Shown here: piece by piece, positions 1-9,707 of the stretch
Numbering within the stretch: position 1 is the stretch's first letter
How the letters are laid out: each line of letters opens with the position of its first letter
Origin: a virus
IMG/VR virus record: IMGVR_UViG_3300006931_000001
Location: 53,395 to 117,394 of that record
Direction: 5' to 3' (one strand)
DNA length: 64,000 nt
Notes under the pieces: model-generated
Database searches by the model: none
Told to the model about the DNA's origin: nothing
What the model saw: the letters and a program-made list of their open reading frames with translations, nothing else
Translations under genes and position numbers: made by a program

Positions 1-2136
1 AAGCTTTTTTCAATATTCACAGCTAAAGGTGTAGACCTAGATGAACGGATGCGAGATTTAGGCTCTGACATCTTTCCAGAAATGCGGCGTTTAGCTGCAA
101 ACACATCAATCGGGACAATTACTGTCGGTGATGGCGCACTGCTAGTATCCTCAGCCTTAGCCGCAGATACAACGCAGAATGCTCTTACATTTTCCTCTCT
201 AATCGGTGACGGTTCCAAATTTCCAATCAGTGGCGGAATCGTATTAGAGCAAGGCACTACACGGCAAGAGACTATAGTATATAAAAGATCTGGTGATGTA
301 TTTACTGTTTTGTATCCAACTACCGGATGTGTGAATTCACATCCTGTTGGAGGTACAATTCTGTCTATCGCTACACGATCTTTTCTTCAGGCTCCGGTTA
401 GTATCGGCGCGACGATTATTACTCTACCTACCGGAACAGGTGCAGCTTGGGCTAGTAGTGGTAGTGTGATCCTAGATCAAGGTACTGTTAGCGAAGAAAA
501 AAAGACGTTTACGAGATCTGTAGATACATTGACAGTAGCTGCACTAACATTTGGTCATAATGCAGGTACTAGTTTAATACAAAGCACATTTGGTTCGGAT
601 CGTAATATTCCATTTAGTCAGGTTTGTTATGTACCAGCAACCGACACGTCTAAAGAGATTGATTTTCGTGTATCACAAAGCAATGCAAAATTGCTTGATG
701 GTGCATTTGTATCAGATCCAATAACAATTGAAAGTATTCTTCCTGGATCTGCAACAAAAGTTGGCTCTAATATTATTACAAAATGGCAATCTCCTCCATT
801 TACGGGAGCTACCGTAACAAATCCTACAGCCGTTACGCGTGGTAGAGAACGAGAAGATGATAGTTCATATGTGCAGCGTGTTGTTAATTTTATTCAGAGT
901 CTCTCTAGAGGCACACCATTAGCAACTACAACGCTAACAAACGGTGTCACAGATCCGGTTACTGGAGCACAGGTAGCTTTTGCTCAAATTGTAGAGCCCG
1001 TAGCTCCCGGAATGAGTGTCCTTTACATATCTGACGGTACAGCGACTTTTGCACTTACGCAGATACAGTTTCAAGGTAGAGACGTATTAATTAGTGATGC
1101 TGAATCTGGAGATCGACGAGGTAAGCTTTCACAGTATGGTCCTTTTGTAGTCTCAGCAACTACGCCGACTAGTCCAAGAATATTTACAAGTTTTCAGCGT
1201 GGCACTGCTACAGCTGTCGCGGCGGGTTCACTTACCGATACTACCAAATCCTTAAGTATCAATTTCTATAACGGTGCCTATCTTAAAGCAGATGACAATA
1301 CGTTTTACAAAATCAACAGTAATACAGCAAATACATTTACGTTAGCTACGACGTCGACACCGTCTTTGGGTGTATACGCCATTGTAGATTTTGGAACGTT
1401 TCCGCAAATTAGTAGTACATCGACCAGCGTATCGGCTAATACATTAACTGATACTACACAGACGATGACCATAAATGCGCATGTTGGTAAGTGGGTTGTA
1501 GATTCAGCTGGGAAAGCCTGGCAGGTTACAGCAAATACAGCTACTGCTTTTACTCTTGCAGCGAGCGGTGCGACTCCTGCATCAGGAGCTTATACGCTGA
1601 CAGCTGGTAATCCGATTCCTCTTATACCTGGTACTGATTATTTATTTAACCAGACTAACGGTGATATTGAATTAGTGCTAAGCAAGGCTTTGCAGTTAAA
1701 TGATTGTATGTTAGCTGCATCCGATGGAGCGAATCCGTCGGTTGGTGCTTATACATATACGACTGGTTTAGGAGCTTACGTACAGCGTTTGGTAAATGGT
1801 GATCCTAGTGATTTTACGAATTTTCCAGGTATCCGCGCTGATGGTACTCAAGTCTTAGTAACTGCACCGATTACAGTGTCTACTACATTTACGTTACAAG
1901 TTATTGCTGCACGAGGATTCTCCGATCAAGATATTACAGCTGATGTACAGAGTGCAGTAGAGACATACGTAAATTCTCTTGGAATTGGTGAAGATGTTAT
2001 TATTTCTGAAATAATTCGTGTGGTGAAGAGTCTGGTAGGTGTTGCAGATGTCAAGATGATCGATCCGACGTCGAACGTGACAGTGCCTGCGGGCTCTATC
2101 ATGCGTATTACAGCGTCGAGTGTGGTGCCAGTATGA
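1..2136 (+). CDS. Baseplate J-like (wedge) protein, 5'-partial, with inserted beta-rich domains
   Basis: Frame is open from base 1 (KLFSIFTAKGVDLDER, the A-x-G-x-x-LD motif); also VTNPTAVTRGREREDDSSY, SLSRGT and C-terminal YVNSLGIGEDVIISEII..V.GVADV typical of baseplate J/gp47. Confidence 0.85.
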   Translation, partial: KLFSIFTAKGVDLDERMRDLGSDIFPEMRRLAANTSIGTITVGDGALLVSSALAADTTQNALTFSSLIGDGSKFPISGGIVLEQGTTRQETIVYKRSGDVFTVLYPTTGCVNSHPVGGTILSIATRSFLQAPVSIGATIITLPTGTGAAWASSGSVILDQGTVSEEKKTFTRSVDTLTVAALTFGHNAGTSLIQSTFGSDRNIPFSQVCYVPATDTSKEIDFRVSQSNAKLLDGAFVSDPITIESILPGSATKVGSNIITKWQSPPFTGATVTNPTAVTRGREREDDSSYVQRVVNFIQSLSRGTPLATTTLTNGVTDPVTGAQVAFAQIVEPVAPGMSVLYISDGTATFALTQIQFQGRDVLISDAESGDRRGKLSQYGPFVVSATTPTSPRIFTSFQRGTATAVAAGSLTDTTKSLSINFYNGAYLKADDNTFYKINSNTANTFTLATTSTPSLGVYAIVDFGTFPQISSTSTSVSANTLTDTTQTMTINAHVGKWVVDSAGKAWQVTANTATAFTLAASGATPASGAYTLTAGNPIPLIPGTDYLFNQTNGDIELVLSKALQLNDCMLAASDGANPSVGAYTYTTGLGAYVQRLVNGDPSDFTNFPGIRADGTQVLVTAPITVSTTFTLQVIAARGFSDQDITADVQSAVETYVNSLGIGEDVIISEIIRVVKSLVGVADVKMIDPTSNVTVPAGSIMRITASSVVPV

Positions 2137-2978
2137 TACTTCCACCATACAACGTACAATTTATTACATCTACATCTGTACTCAATTCTCGTAATAATAC
2201 ATTTATATTTTCGATGCCTACAACTGTAGATGTAGATGACACGGTGTTGTTATTTACATGGTCTGGTGAAACTAATGATTCAAAATTAAATACAGCAGCG
2301 CTGCCTAATAGTTGGTCTTTGCTTTCAGAAATTAACACACCAACACGTCAACAAGTATGTTTGCTTCGTCATACAGTGTTGACTGAAGAGACAGCTACAT
2401 ATACGTTTCCTGAAATTACCACAGGAGTCGGACTTCCCTTATTTGGTTTTAGCTTAGCTTATCGTGGTTTAGATCCGTCCACTGCTTTAATATCGGCAGG
2501 TGTAACGGATATTACTACTAATACTGTATTGTTTAATTGTCCAAGTACAACACTAGTGAAAAATTCTGATGTCTATTTAGGATTCACAGCTGGTTTGTCT
2601 TCGATACCGATATTCAGTACACCGCCAATTAACGCAACAGAGCGTGTAGATTCTAGTGGTACACTGATTTCAACATATCATGCATCTGCATTTGAATTAC
2701 TCACTCACAAGCTTGGTACTACAGGTGTACAAACTGTAACATTAGATACAGCATCAACTGGTGTAGCTGCATCTTATGCATTAAAGGCGATTTCAGGTAA
2801 CGTTGATAATTACAAAACTAAATTGATGCGTCAGATGATTCAGCGTTCGCCGCTCGATACGCGCCTGAGTTCGCCGCTTGGCGTATTACTGCATGTTGTA
2901 GGAACGCAAGACAACGTAATTGGTGGATTATTCGGTGATAGTGATTTTCTTCCAGATGATCCTGCAGGAGCATTTTGA
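2133..2978 (+). CDS. Putative baseplate/tail-associated structural protein
   Basis: 281-aa Thr/Ser-rich ORF, ATGA-coupled to baseplate J. Confidence 0.55.
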   Translation: MILPPYNVQFITSTSVLNSRNNTFIFSMPTTVDVDDTVLLFTWSGETNDSKLNTAALPNSWSLLSEINTPTRQQVCLLRHTVLTEETATYTFPEITTGVGLPLFGFSLAYRGLDPSTALISAGVTDITTNTVLFNCPSTTLVKNSDVYLGFTAGLSSIPIFSTPPINATERVDSSGTLISTYHASAFELLTHKLGTTGVQTVTLDTASTGVAASYALKAISGNVDNYKTKLMRQMIQRSPLDTRLSSPLGVLLHVVGTQDNVIGGLFGDSDFLPDDPAGAF

Positions 2979-4102
2979 TGGCGACGTCATGGCCTTCTGT
3001 AATTCCGATAGCTTCTACACAGCCTAGCGGTTCTGTAGAGCAAATTAGCGCGATCCAGTCAGCACGAGCTTCAATGCTATTAGCTTATGCAGAAGGTGCA
3101 TACCTAACAGCTATTGGTCAAAATTACGGTGTACCTCGTGCACCACAGTTAACATCGAGTGGTGATGACTTATATCGTCGGATCATCCCGGTACTTGCGT
3201 GGAGTCCGAAGATGATCAAACGGACGACGTACGTACTATTAGAGACATTATTTGGATCTCAACAGTCTCTAATTACTGCTGGTGTGCGTCCGTGGCGTAT
3301 TTTTGAAGTTTCTGTTAACGAAATTGTCTTTGAAATACCAGCAAATTTAATGGCTACCAGTAATGAAAATGCCAGCTACCTTCATGGCTGGGTTGGCTAC
3401 GCATTCAATGCCACGGGTAGTACTGCAAACTCATTCACAACACCTGGTGACGTACGAACCGCTGCAGCAAATTCACTAATAGGTGCAGCTGTATTTCGTT
3501 TATATCTCAGTGGAGCTTGGACTACCAACACAGCGACTGGTATAACATATGACGCAACTACGGATACAACTACTGTTACATTTGCGAGTCCTGTAATACC
3601 AAGTGGTGGGTGTCCGTTTTTTGTAGATGTCACAGGTAATGGAACTACTACGAGCTATCGTGGTGATTATCTAGCACCCAGTGTATATATCTCAGCATTC
3701 ACTACAGCGCCAGGAGTTGGTACGACATCGACAATTTCTGTACTAGGTGATGCTACCAAAGAATTAGTAGCTAATGGTTCTGTTCATTTATCATTTGGAG
3801 CCTCTACAGCTGATGTAATCTTGAGTGTAGATCCAACGTATGATCCTACTACGAATCTAAGTACGTTGACAATAACCACTACAATTTCATTAGGTTTGAG
3901 TGGGTTATTATTTAGAGCTCAAGAAGCTGCAGATGGCACTTCACCAGCAACCGCACCTCATAACGATCGTGTCTACCTAGCAGGTAATGGTTTATATGAA
4001 GTGTTTCAATATTACTATGATTTGCTTGTAAGAGCTGCTGGTATTATTGTTCGCTTGGAAGTCGTATCAGATTACACGCATACACATAGGAGTGTTCCAT
4101 GA
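2978..4102 (+). CDS. Baseplate wedge protein (gpI-like N-terminus)
   Basis: AEGAYLTAIGQNYGVPR...DDLYRRII motif and C-terminal LVRAAGIIVRL; TGATG overlap with upstream gene. Confidence 0.65.
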   Translation: MATSWPSVIPIASTQPSGSVEQISAIQSARASMLLAYAEGAYLTAIGQNYGVPRAPQLTSSGDDLYRRIIPVLAWSPKMIKRTTYVLLETLFGSQQSLITAGVRPWRIFEVSVNEIVFEIPANLMATSNENASYLHGWVGYAFNATGSTANSFTTPGDVRTAAANSLIGAAVFRLYLSGAWTTNTATGITYDATTDTTTVTFASPVIPSGGCPFFVDVTGNGTTTSYRGDYLAPSVYISAFTTAPGVGTTSTISVLGDATKELVANGSVHLSFGASTADVILSVDPTYDPTTNLSTLTITTTISLGLSGLLFRAQEAADGTSPATAPHNDRVYLAGNGLYEVFQYYYDLLVRAAGIIVRLEVVSDYTHTHRSVP

Positions 4103-7100
4103 GTGCAGGAGATGTCACAAATCCAAAACGCGTTCGTGTGAGTGCTAACCAGCGTGTTGACGCTGTTGATGTAGATGCACTCAGCACTGAATTACTAGAA
4201 CATAATGACGCGCAAGCGAGAGCTGAATTATTTACACCTTTGAACGTTGGAGGCACATCACCTACCGGGATGATTCTGACAGGCTACAGTTTGACGCTAA
4301 ACCCTACTGGTGGAAGTGATGGCAAAGTTAGAATTAATCCAGCTCTCGGTGTCGCCGTGGACGCAGATGGTAGATTGATTGTCAAAGAAAATGGAACACA
4401 AATTGACGTATCGATTCCTAGCGGCACGAATCAATTATATATTTATTGGAATGAAACAGCCGTAGATGCGGCTACACGTCGTTTTATTTCTGTAACTTCG
4501 CCTTTTAGTGAGTCACCAAAAACCACTAATACACGTTTTCAATCGACATTTGGTACATGGGTTCGGTCTGGTAACGCTACTACGATAGTAGCGACAGATA
4601 ATGTGAACGGCCAAACAAAAGCGCTTGTGTGTATTGGTATTGTTACTAATACTGCAGGAGTTATCTCTGTAACAGGTTACGATACGATACTAGCGCCAAA
4701 TGGTACAACCATTACAAATAGATTGAGTACGATTACTCAGCCTACTACAGTACCAGCTAATAACTCAACGAGCGGCACGTTTCAGACATTACATGATTTG
4801 GTAAAATCTCTTGGTTATCTGTTAGGTAGAGCTATTTACAATAGCAGTACGTTTTTAACGCCAAGTGCAGCAAATAATTTTGGTGCTTATAGTCAACCTG
4901 TAATCGGCGTAGACAGAGCCGGACGTGAGATTTATGATACGGTGACTATCGGTGATGGAGTATCTGTTTTTGGTTCATACAATAGAAATCAATTTGCAAC
5001 TGATGACCAGATGCTTAATGCTGCGTTGGCTACATTGGCAACGCGAGCTACTTCGGGATTAGCGGTTGGCTATCTGCTAATCAAGCCAGGTGTTACATTA
5101 TCTACATTTACTGGAAACGTAACTGTACCAACTAACTGTCGTGTTGTGATTCAAGGCTCGGGTGATTTATCTGCATCACCTCAAATAATTATCAACAGTG
5201 CAGTTGGTTTTACACTCGCTAGCACAACGACCAGTTTTTTAGCATTCGAGAACATTTCTATTAGTAATATCGGTACAGCAGTTTTACACAGCATAACTAC
5301 AACATTTCGTGCGAAACGTTGTATTTTTACGAGAAACGGAAGTGCTGCAGTTTTACCGTTATTTACAACTAATACTGCTGTTACGACAATCTCTGACTGC
5401 ATATTTGATAGATGTACATTTATCGAGTCTGGTATTAATGCCTATGATGATACGAAATACATGTTCATAGACACAGGTACCAATAATACACAAGGTGTAC
5501 CAACACGTTTTGTATTATCGAGATGTATATTTACCAACACGACAAATTTCTCTCAACGAGGAATTCGTGTAGGGAACATTAATGAAGGTTTGAATATTGA
5601 TGATTGTAAATTCCAATGTACACAAACAGGAGCTGCTGCTCCTGTAAATATAACACCTTTTTGGGTGGAGTTGATTTCACAGTCTGGTACTTTTGCTTCT
5701 GGCATGGATCGTAGAATTCGAGGATGTATATTTAATGCTTGCGGTGATTGGAACTCCAAACCAATAATGTGTGGTATTTCACTTACAGACGTATGTGGAT
5801 TAACAATATCACACTGTGATTTCCAGCGTATTTTACGACCCGTCAATATTCCTTTAGGAACACAGGGTGGTAGTCAAGATGTAAAAATTTTAGGTTGTCG
5901 TTTCTTACAGCGAGCTAATGGTATTACGATTCAGACAAATACGAGTACATCAGGCGGCGGTGTAGCAACTGGACCTCTAAATCACATCGCAGCAATCAAT
6001 ACTACAAGCACATTAAAGAATTTCACAGTACAAGATTGTTATTTCGAGGCTTGGGTTTGTTATCATGCAGATAGTTCAGTAAGTACAAGTATCAATGTTA
6101 CTTATCGGGGTTGCACATTTATCGATAGTATGTTGTTATTTGGAGATCCATTCTCGCCTGTATCTTCTTTTCAAACAGTAGATGTAAATCACTGTACATT
6201 TCAACGTACATCATCCTCTATTACTGCATTTATTCCGGTTCGTATTCATGGACCGACACTTAAACAAATTTCTGTTTCAAGTTGTTTTTTTAGAGGTTAT
6301 GCATTTGCGAGTACGAATGTTACACCTCTGTGTATAGATCTTGGAAGTGGTTCACTTGTTACAACTTTAGACCAGATACACATTGATGGTTGTAGTTTTG
6401 CAGATTGTGATAATGAAACAATGAATTATTTAGGTAGTTCTACGACTACATTACATTCATTGATTTTCTTATACGCTACGACACTTATGGTTGATATTAC
6501 CGTAACGCGTTGTCGTGCATCTACGATTATGTCCTCTGCGGTTAGAGGTACTGCTAGTAATTTACAGCACGTTACATTTGTAGGTAGTTCATCATCTAAT
6601 GTTGGACCTACTACTGTTCAAAATATGCAAATTTCAAATAATGTTATAGGAGACATTAGTTCTCATTGTGGATTAGTAAATACTTTTGGTCTATCTAAAT
6701 TCGTTTTTAACTCTTTGTTGATCTCTGATAATCAGCATACAATTAAAATGAACGACGACATAGTTACTGGGGCTGGTTATGATGATCAGTGGTCTGGTAC
6801 CTATCTTAATATTCCGTCATCTTCTACAGAAATTTCTGGTGAATTGTCAGTTAGTGGAAATGTTTATTATATTGTTAATACAAATGGAGGCTCTGGATTA
6901 GGTAGTCCGATTTATAAAATGATATATCATCGTGATGACAGTGTAAGTGCAACATCAAGTCAGTGGGGATCAGTGCTTATAGCGAATAATGTATTAACTG
7001 TAGATATTAATGCTAGTTCAATCAATGCTGTAAACTTTATTGGTTTAGTTGGTGGACTTACTTTTGTAAATAATATAGCTCGACGCAAAGATCTTCGAAC

Positions 7101-7215
7101 AGGCACTGCTAACGTTGCTTTTACTAAATTTTTTAGTGGTGTTAGTAGTGCGGTTCCAGCAAAGCCCGGTGCTGGAGTTACTTGGACTAATAATAATTGC
7201 TGGGTAGATCAATAA
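4099..7215 (+). CDS. Tail fibre/tailspike with right-handed beta-helix receptor-binding domain
   Basis: 1038 aa; N-terminal baseplate-anchoring region (GVAVDADGRLI), then many I-x-x-C-x-F beta-helix repeats; follows the wedge genes. Confidence 0.75.
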   Translation: MSAGDVTNPKRVRVSANQRVDAVDVDALSTELLEHNDAQARAELFTPLNVGGTSPTGMILTGYSLTLNPTGGSDGKVRINPALGVAVDADGRLIVKENGTQIDVSIPSGTNQLYIYWNETAVDAATRRFISVTSPFSESPKTTNTRFQSTFGTWVRSGNATTIVATDNVNGQTKALVCIGIVTNTAGVISVTGYDTILAPNGTTITNRLSTITQPTTVPANNSTSGTFQTLHDLVKSLGYLLGRAIYNSSTFLTPSAANNFGAYSQPVIGVDRAGREIYDTVTIGDGVSVFGSYNRNQFATDDQMLNAALATLATRATSGLAVGYLLIKPGVTLSTFTGNVTVPTNCRVVIQGSGDLSASPQIIINSAVGFTLASTTTSFLAFENISISNIGTAVLHSITTTFRAKRCIFTRNGSAAVLPLFTTNTAVTTISDCIFDRCTFIESGINAYDDTKYMFIDTGTNNTQGVPTRFVLSRCIFTNTTNFSQRGIRVGNINEGLNIDDCKFQCTQTGAAAPVNITPFWVELISQSGTFASGMDRRIRGCIFNACGDWNSKPIMCGISLTDVCGLTISHCDFQRILRPVNIPLGTQGGSQDVKILGCRFLQRANGITIQTNTSTSGGGVATGPLNHIAAINTTSTLKNFTVQDCYFEAWVCYHADSSVSTSINVTYRGCTFIDSMLLFGDPFSPVSSFQTVDVNHCTFQRTSSSITAFIPVRIHGPTLKQISVSSCFFRGYAFASTNVTPLCIDLGSGSLVTTLDQIHIDGCSFADCDNETMNYLGSSTTTLHSLIFLYATTLMVDITVTRCRASTIMSSAVRGTASNLQHVTFVGSSSSNVGPTTVQNMQISNNVIGDISSHCGLVNTFGLSKFVFNSLLISDNQHTIKMNDDIVTGAGYDDQWSGTYLNIPSSSTEISGELSVSGNVYYIVNTNGGSGLGSPIYKMIYHRDDSVSATSSQWGSVLIANNVLTVDINASSINAVNFIGLVGGLTFVNNIARRKDLRTGTANVAFTKFFSGVSSAVPAKPGAGVTWTNNNCWVDQ

Positions 7216-7227
7216 AAGGAAATAATT

Positions 7228-7569
7228 ATGTATCCACGTGGAACACCTGTAATTATTAATGGTCGAACTGGAGGAACTCCAGGACCAGCTACGACAACTG
7301 TAGCCCGTATCAGAATTCCTAATCCAGCGCGTAATCAAGGAAAATTAGATGCTGTCGCACCTGTAGCTTTTGCTCGACGTTTACAGATAACTAATTTGGA
7401 TGCTACAAATAATTTACTAGTGTATCTTGGTAACCAAGATGCGCCAGTTGATTTTTTGACTGTCAAGCCAAATACGCAGCTAACTTGGGACGTCCAGATG
7501 ACGGAATTTACGGTAGCATCTAGTGCTAGTACGGTTCAATGGGAAGCTTTAGCTATCGTAGCATCATAA
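7228..7569 (+). CDS. Small putative virion protein
   Basis: 113 aa, beta-rich, RBS AAGGA, in tail module. Confidence 0.5.
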   Translation: MYPRGTPVIINGRTGGTPGPATTTVARIRIPNPARNQGKLDAVAPVAFARRLQITNLDATNNLLVYLGNQDAPVDFLTVKPNTQLTWDVQMTEFTVASSASTVQWEALAIVAS

Positions 7570-7599
7570 TATATTATATTAATCATATAGGAGGAAACC

Positions 7600-8097
7600 A
7601 TGAACGGAGCGCAGTTGTCGCCACCAACGACTGTTGACTTAGCGCAACAGATGCCACAAATGTGGCAGTATGGCGTTCTGGGTGTGGTAGTAGTGGTGTT
7701 TGCTCTTGTTATTAAATTCTTATACAAAAGGAACGAAGAGAAAAATGCGTTATTGCTGTCTAAGGTGGAAGCCAAAGAGGCTGAAGTCAGCAAAGAACGT
7801 AGTGAATTTGGTAAAGAACGTGAAGGTTGGGCTGCAGAACGTGCACGCTGGGATGCACGAGAAGCCTCTATCAGACATGAATTTGAAGAGCGGCATACTG
7901 AATTAGTTAAGACGTATGCTACACAGATTCTTAAATTACAAGATGAATCAAGAATCCGTGAGGATGCTATCCGAAAGGAAGCATTAGATACGTCTAGACA
8001 AATCGGTGAAGCCGCGGCGAGAGCAAATGACTCACTTACGCAACTCCTCCAAAAATTCTACGAGAGAATGGTTTCTCACACACCACGTGGGTACTAG
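7600..8097 (+). CDS. Holin-like single-TM coiled-coil protein
   Basis: One TM helix (QYGVLGVVVVVFALVIKFLY) then charged coiled coil; strong RBS GGAGGA. Confidence 0.5.
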   Translation: MNGAQLSPPTTVDLAQQMPQMWQYGVLGVVVVVFALVIKFLYKRNEEKNALLLSKVEAKEAEVSKERSEFGKEREGWAAERARWDAREASIRHEFEERHTELVKTYATQILKLQDESRIREDAIRKEALDTSRQIGEAAARANDSLTQLLQKFYERMVSHTPRGY

Positions 8098-8106
8098 GAG
8101 GATTTA

Positions 8107-8391
8107 GTGGCGCTTCACAAAAAACTAGATCCATTAATGGATTCTGGTATTCGCAGGATTCGTAATCGTGCCTGTGAATCTTATGATCGTCTGGCAGCTG
8201 CAGCAAAACAGGTGTCAGAAGAAATGGATAATCCAGATGTAACTCACGGAATTCCTGTATGGCCTCTCGATGATGAAGACAGCTTGATTATATCTGTAGA
8301 ACAAGCTGTTAGTCGCCACAAATCAATCACTGAACCACCGCCAATTGTTCTAGATCCTGAATCTAAAGTGAAAGGTAATAAACATGAATGA
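8107..8391 (+). CDS. Hypothetical protein
   Basis: 94 aa, GTG start with AGGAG RBS. Confidence 0.55.
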   Translation: MALHKKLDPLMDSGIRRIRNRACESYDRLAAAAKQVSEEMDNPDVTHGIPVWPLDDEDSLIISVEQAVSRHKSITEPPPIVLDPESKVKGNKHE

Positions 8392-9013
8392 CTACAATGA
8401 CTACGTTCGGCTCTCTGGTAATCTTATGACTGGCTTGGCATGCAGTACACAGCTGCATGAGAATATTGCAAATGGTAGTGCTAGTGCAATCTTCGTGCAC
8501 ATGCAGCCAAAAGATTGGAAACGTAACAAAAACACAGGATTATTGGAACCCGACTATCGATGGATTGATGACGCTGTTATGGGACGAACAGTGTCTGGTG
8601 ATAGTTGCATGATTTTGGATGTTCAGGAAATTCATAATCTAGTTACCAATACTGGACGTGTGTTTCTTCACACACAAGGTTATGCAACTACAGGTATTGG
8701 ATCGAACGGTCTAAATTATATTGCACTATCTAATGACGCAACTGCGCCAGCCGCTTCTGATACTACGTTAGCAGCTGAGATCGTGGCTAACGGATTATCG
8801 CGAGCTCAAGGTACAGTAACGCTGCCTACAGGGTCTGGTAACCAGACCACCGTTGCAAAAACTTTTACTGCAACTGGTACACAGGCTGCTCAAAAAGCAG
8901 CATTATTTACAGCATCATCTTCTGGTACTATGAATCACGAATTATTGTTTACTCAACGTTCGTTGATTGCTGGTGATACGCTGGCTGTTACTTTCACGAT
9001 TACATTAGGCTAA
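8384..9013 (+). CDS. Virion structural protein (tail-fibre/collar-like)
   Basis: HNLVTNTGR...YIALSNDATAPAASDTTLAAEI...GDTLAVTFTITL pattern common in phage tail-associated proteins. Confidence 0.6.
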   Translation: MNDYNDYVRLSGNLMTGLACSTQLHENIANGSASAIFVHMQPKDWKRNKNTGLLEPDYRWIDDAVMGRTVSGDSCMILDVQEIHNLVTNTGRVFLHTQGYATTGIGSNGLNYIALSNDATAPAASDTTLAAEIVANGLSRAQGTVTLPTGSGNQTTVAKTFTATGTQAAQKAALFTASSSGTMNHELLFTQRSLIAGDTLAVTFTITLG

Positions 9014-9015
9014 TT

Positions 9016-9447
9016 ATGGCGTTATATTCACTTGCACAACGTACTACAGCCACAGCCGCAGCATCGCCATCCTGGGAGATTCGTTCTACCTCTGGAAACA
9101 AGCCAAAGGTTCTACAGTTAGAGCTCACTCAAAACACGGCCGTAGCTGGCGTGTACGGCATCGGAAGGCCAGCGGCTATCGGAGTGACGCCTACCTCGCC
9201 ACAAACGTTTGTAGACGAAGCTGACGGCAACGGAGCAACGGCACAGACTACGGCAGCTGTTGCCTGGGGAACCGCTCCAACATCACCAACAAATTTTAAT
9301 CGCAGATATTCTGTGGTTAACACTGCCGGTGCTGGATTTATTGCTGTATTTCCAGGAGGATTAGGACTTCCAGTTTCCGGCTCTATTGTAGTTTGGATTA
9401 TCGCAACTGCACCTGTCTGCGATGTCGCAGCGGTTGTATCGGAGTAA
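9016..9447 (+). CDS. Putative structural protein
   Basis: 143-aa Ala/Thr/Gly-rich beta protein in tail module. Confidence 0.5.
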   Translation: MALYSLAQRTTATAAASPSWEIRSTSGNKPKVLQLELTQNTAVAGVYGIGRPAAIGVTPTSPQTFVDEADGNGATAQTTAAVAWGTAPTSPTNFNRRYSVVNTAGAGFIAVFPGGLGLPVSGSIVVWIIATAPVCDVAAVVSE

Positions 9448-9451
9448 ATTC

Positions 9452-9700
9452 ATGCCAGATGTGCTCAAAGGTAATCGTGACACGTTGCCAGATCACGGAA
9501 CAACATCTGGTGATTTGGTGATTCATTCTTTGGTAATCAATATTCATGCCAGTGGAGCTCTTTCAATCCACGGTCCTCTTGAAAATAGAGAATGGGTTTT
9601 AGCTGTTCTCGAGAATGCAAAAGATGCTTTGAATAATTACCACGGACGTCGATCGTCTTTAATTGTTCCAAGTAAGGACGTATCGATTCAGGAAATGTGA
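9452..9700 (+). CDS. Hypothetical protein
   Basis: ATG at 9452 after GGAG; 82 aa. Confidence 0.5.
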   Translation: MPDVLKGNRDTLPDHGTTSGDLVIHSLVINIHASGALSIHGPLENREWVLAVLENAKDALNNYHGRRSSLIVPSKDVSIQEM

Positions 9701-9707
9701 GCGTACA

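Noticed and set aside
4099-7215. Diversity-generating retroelement target in the tail fibre
   Set aside because: No reverse transcriptase and no template/variable repeat pair noticed.
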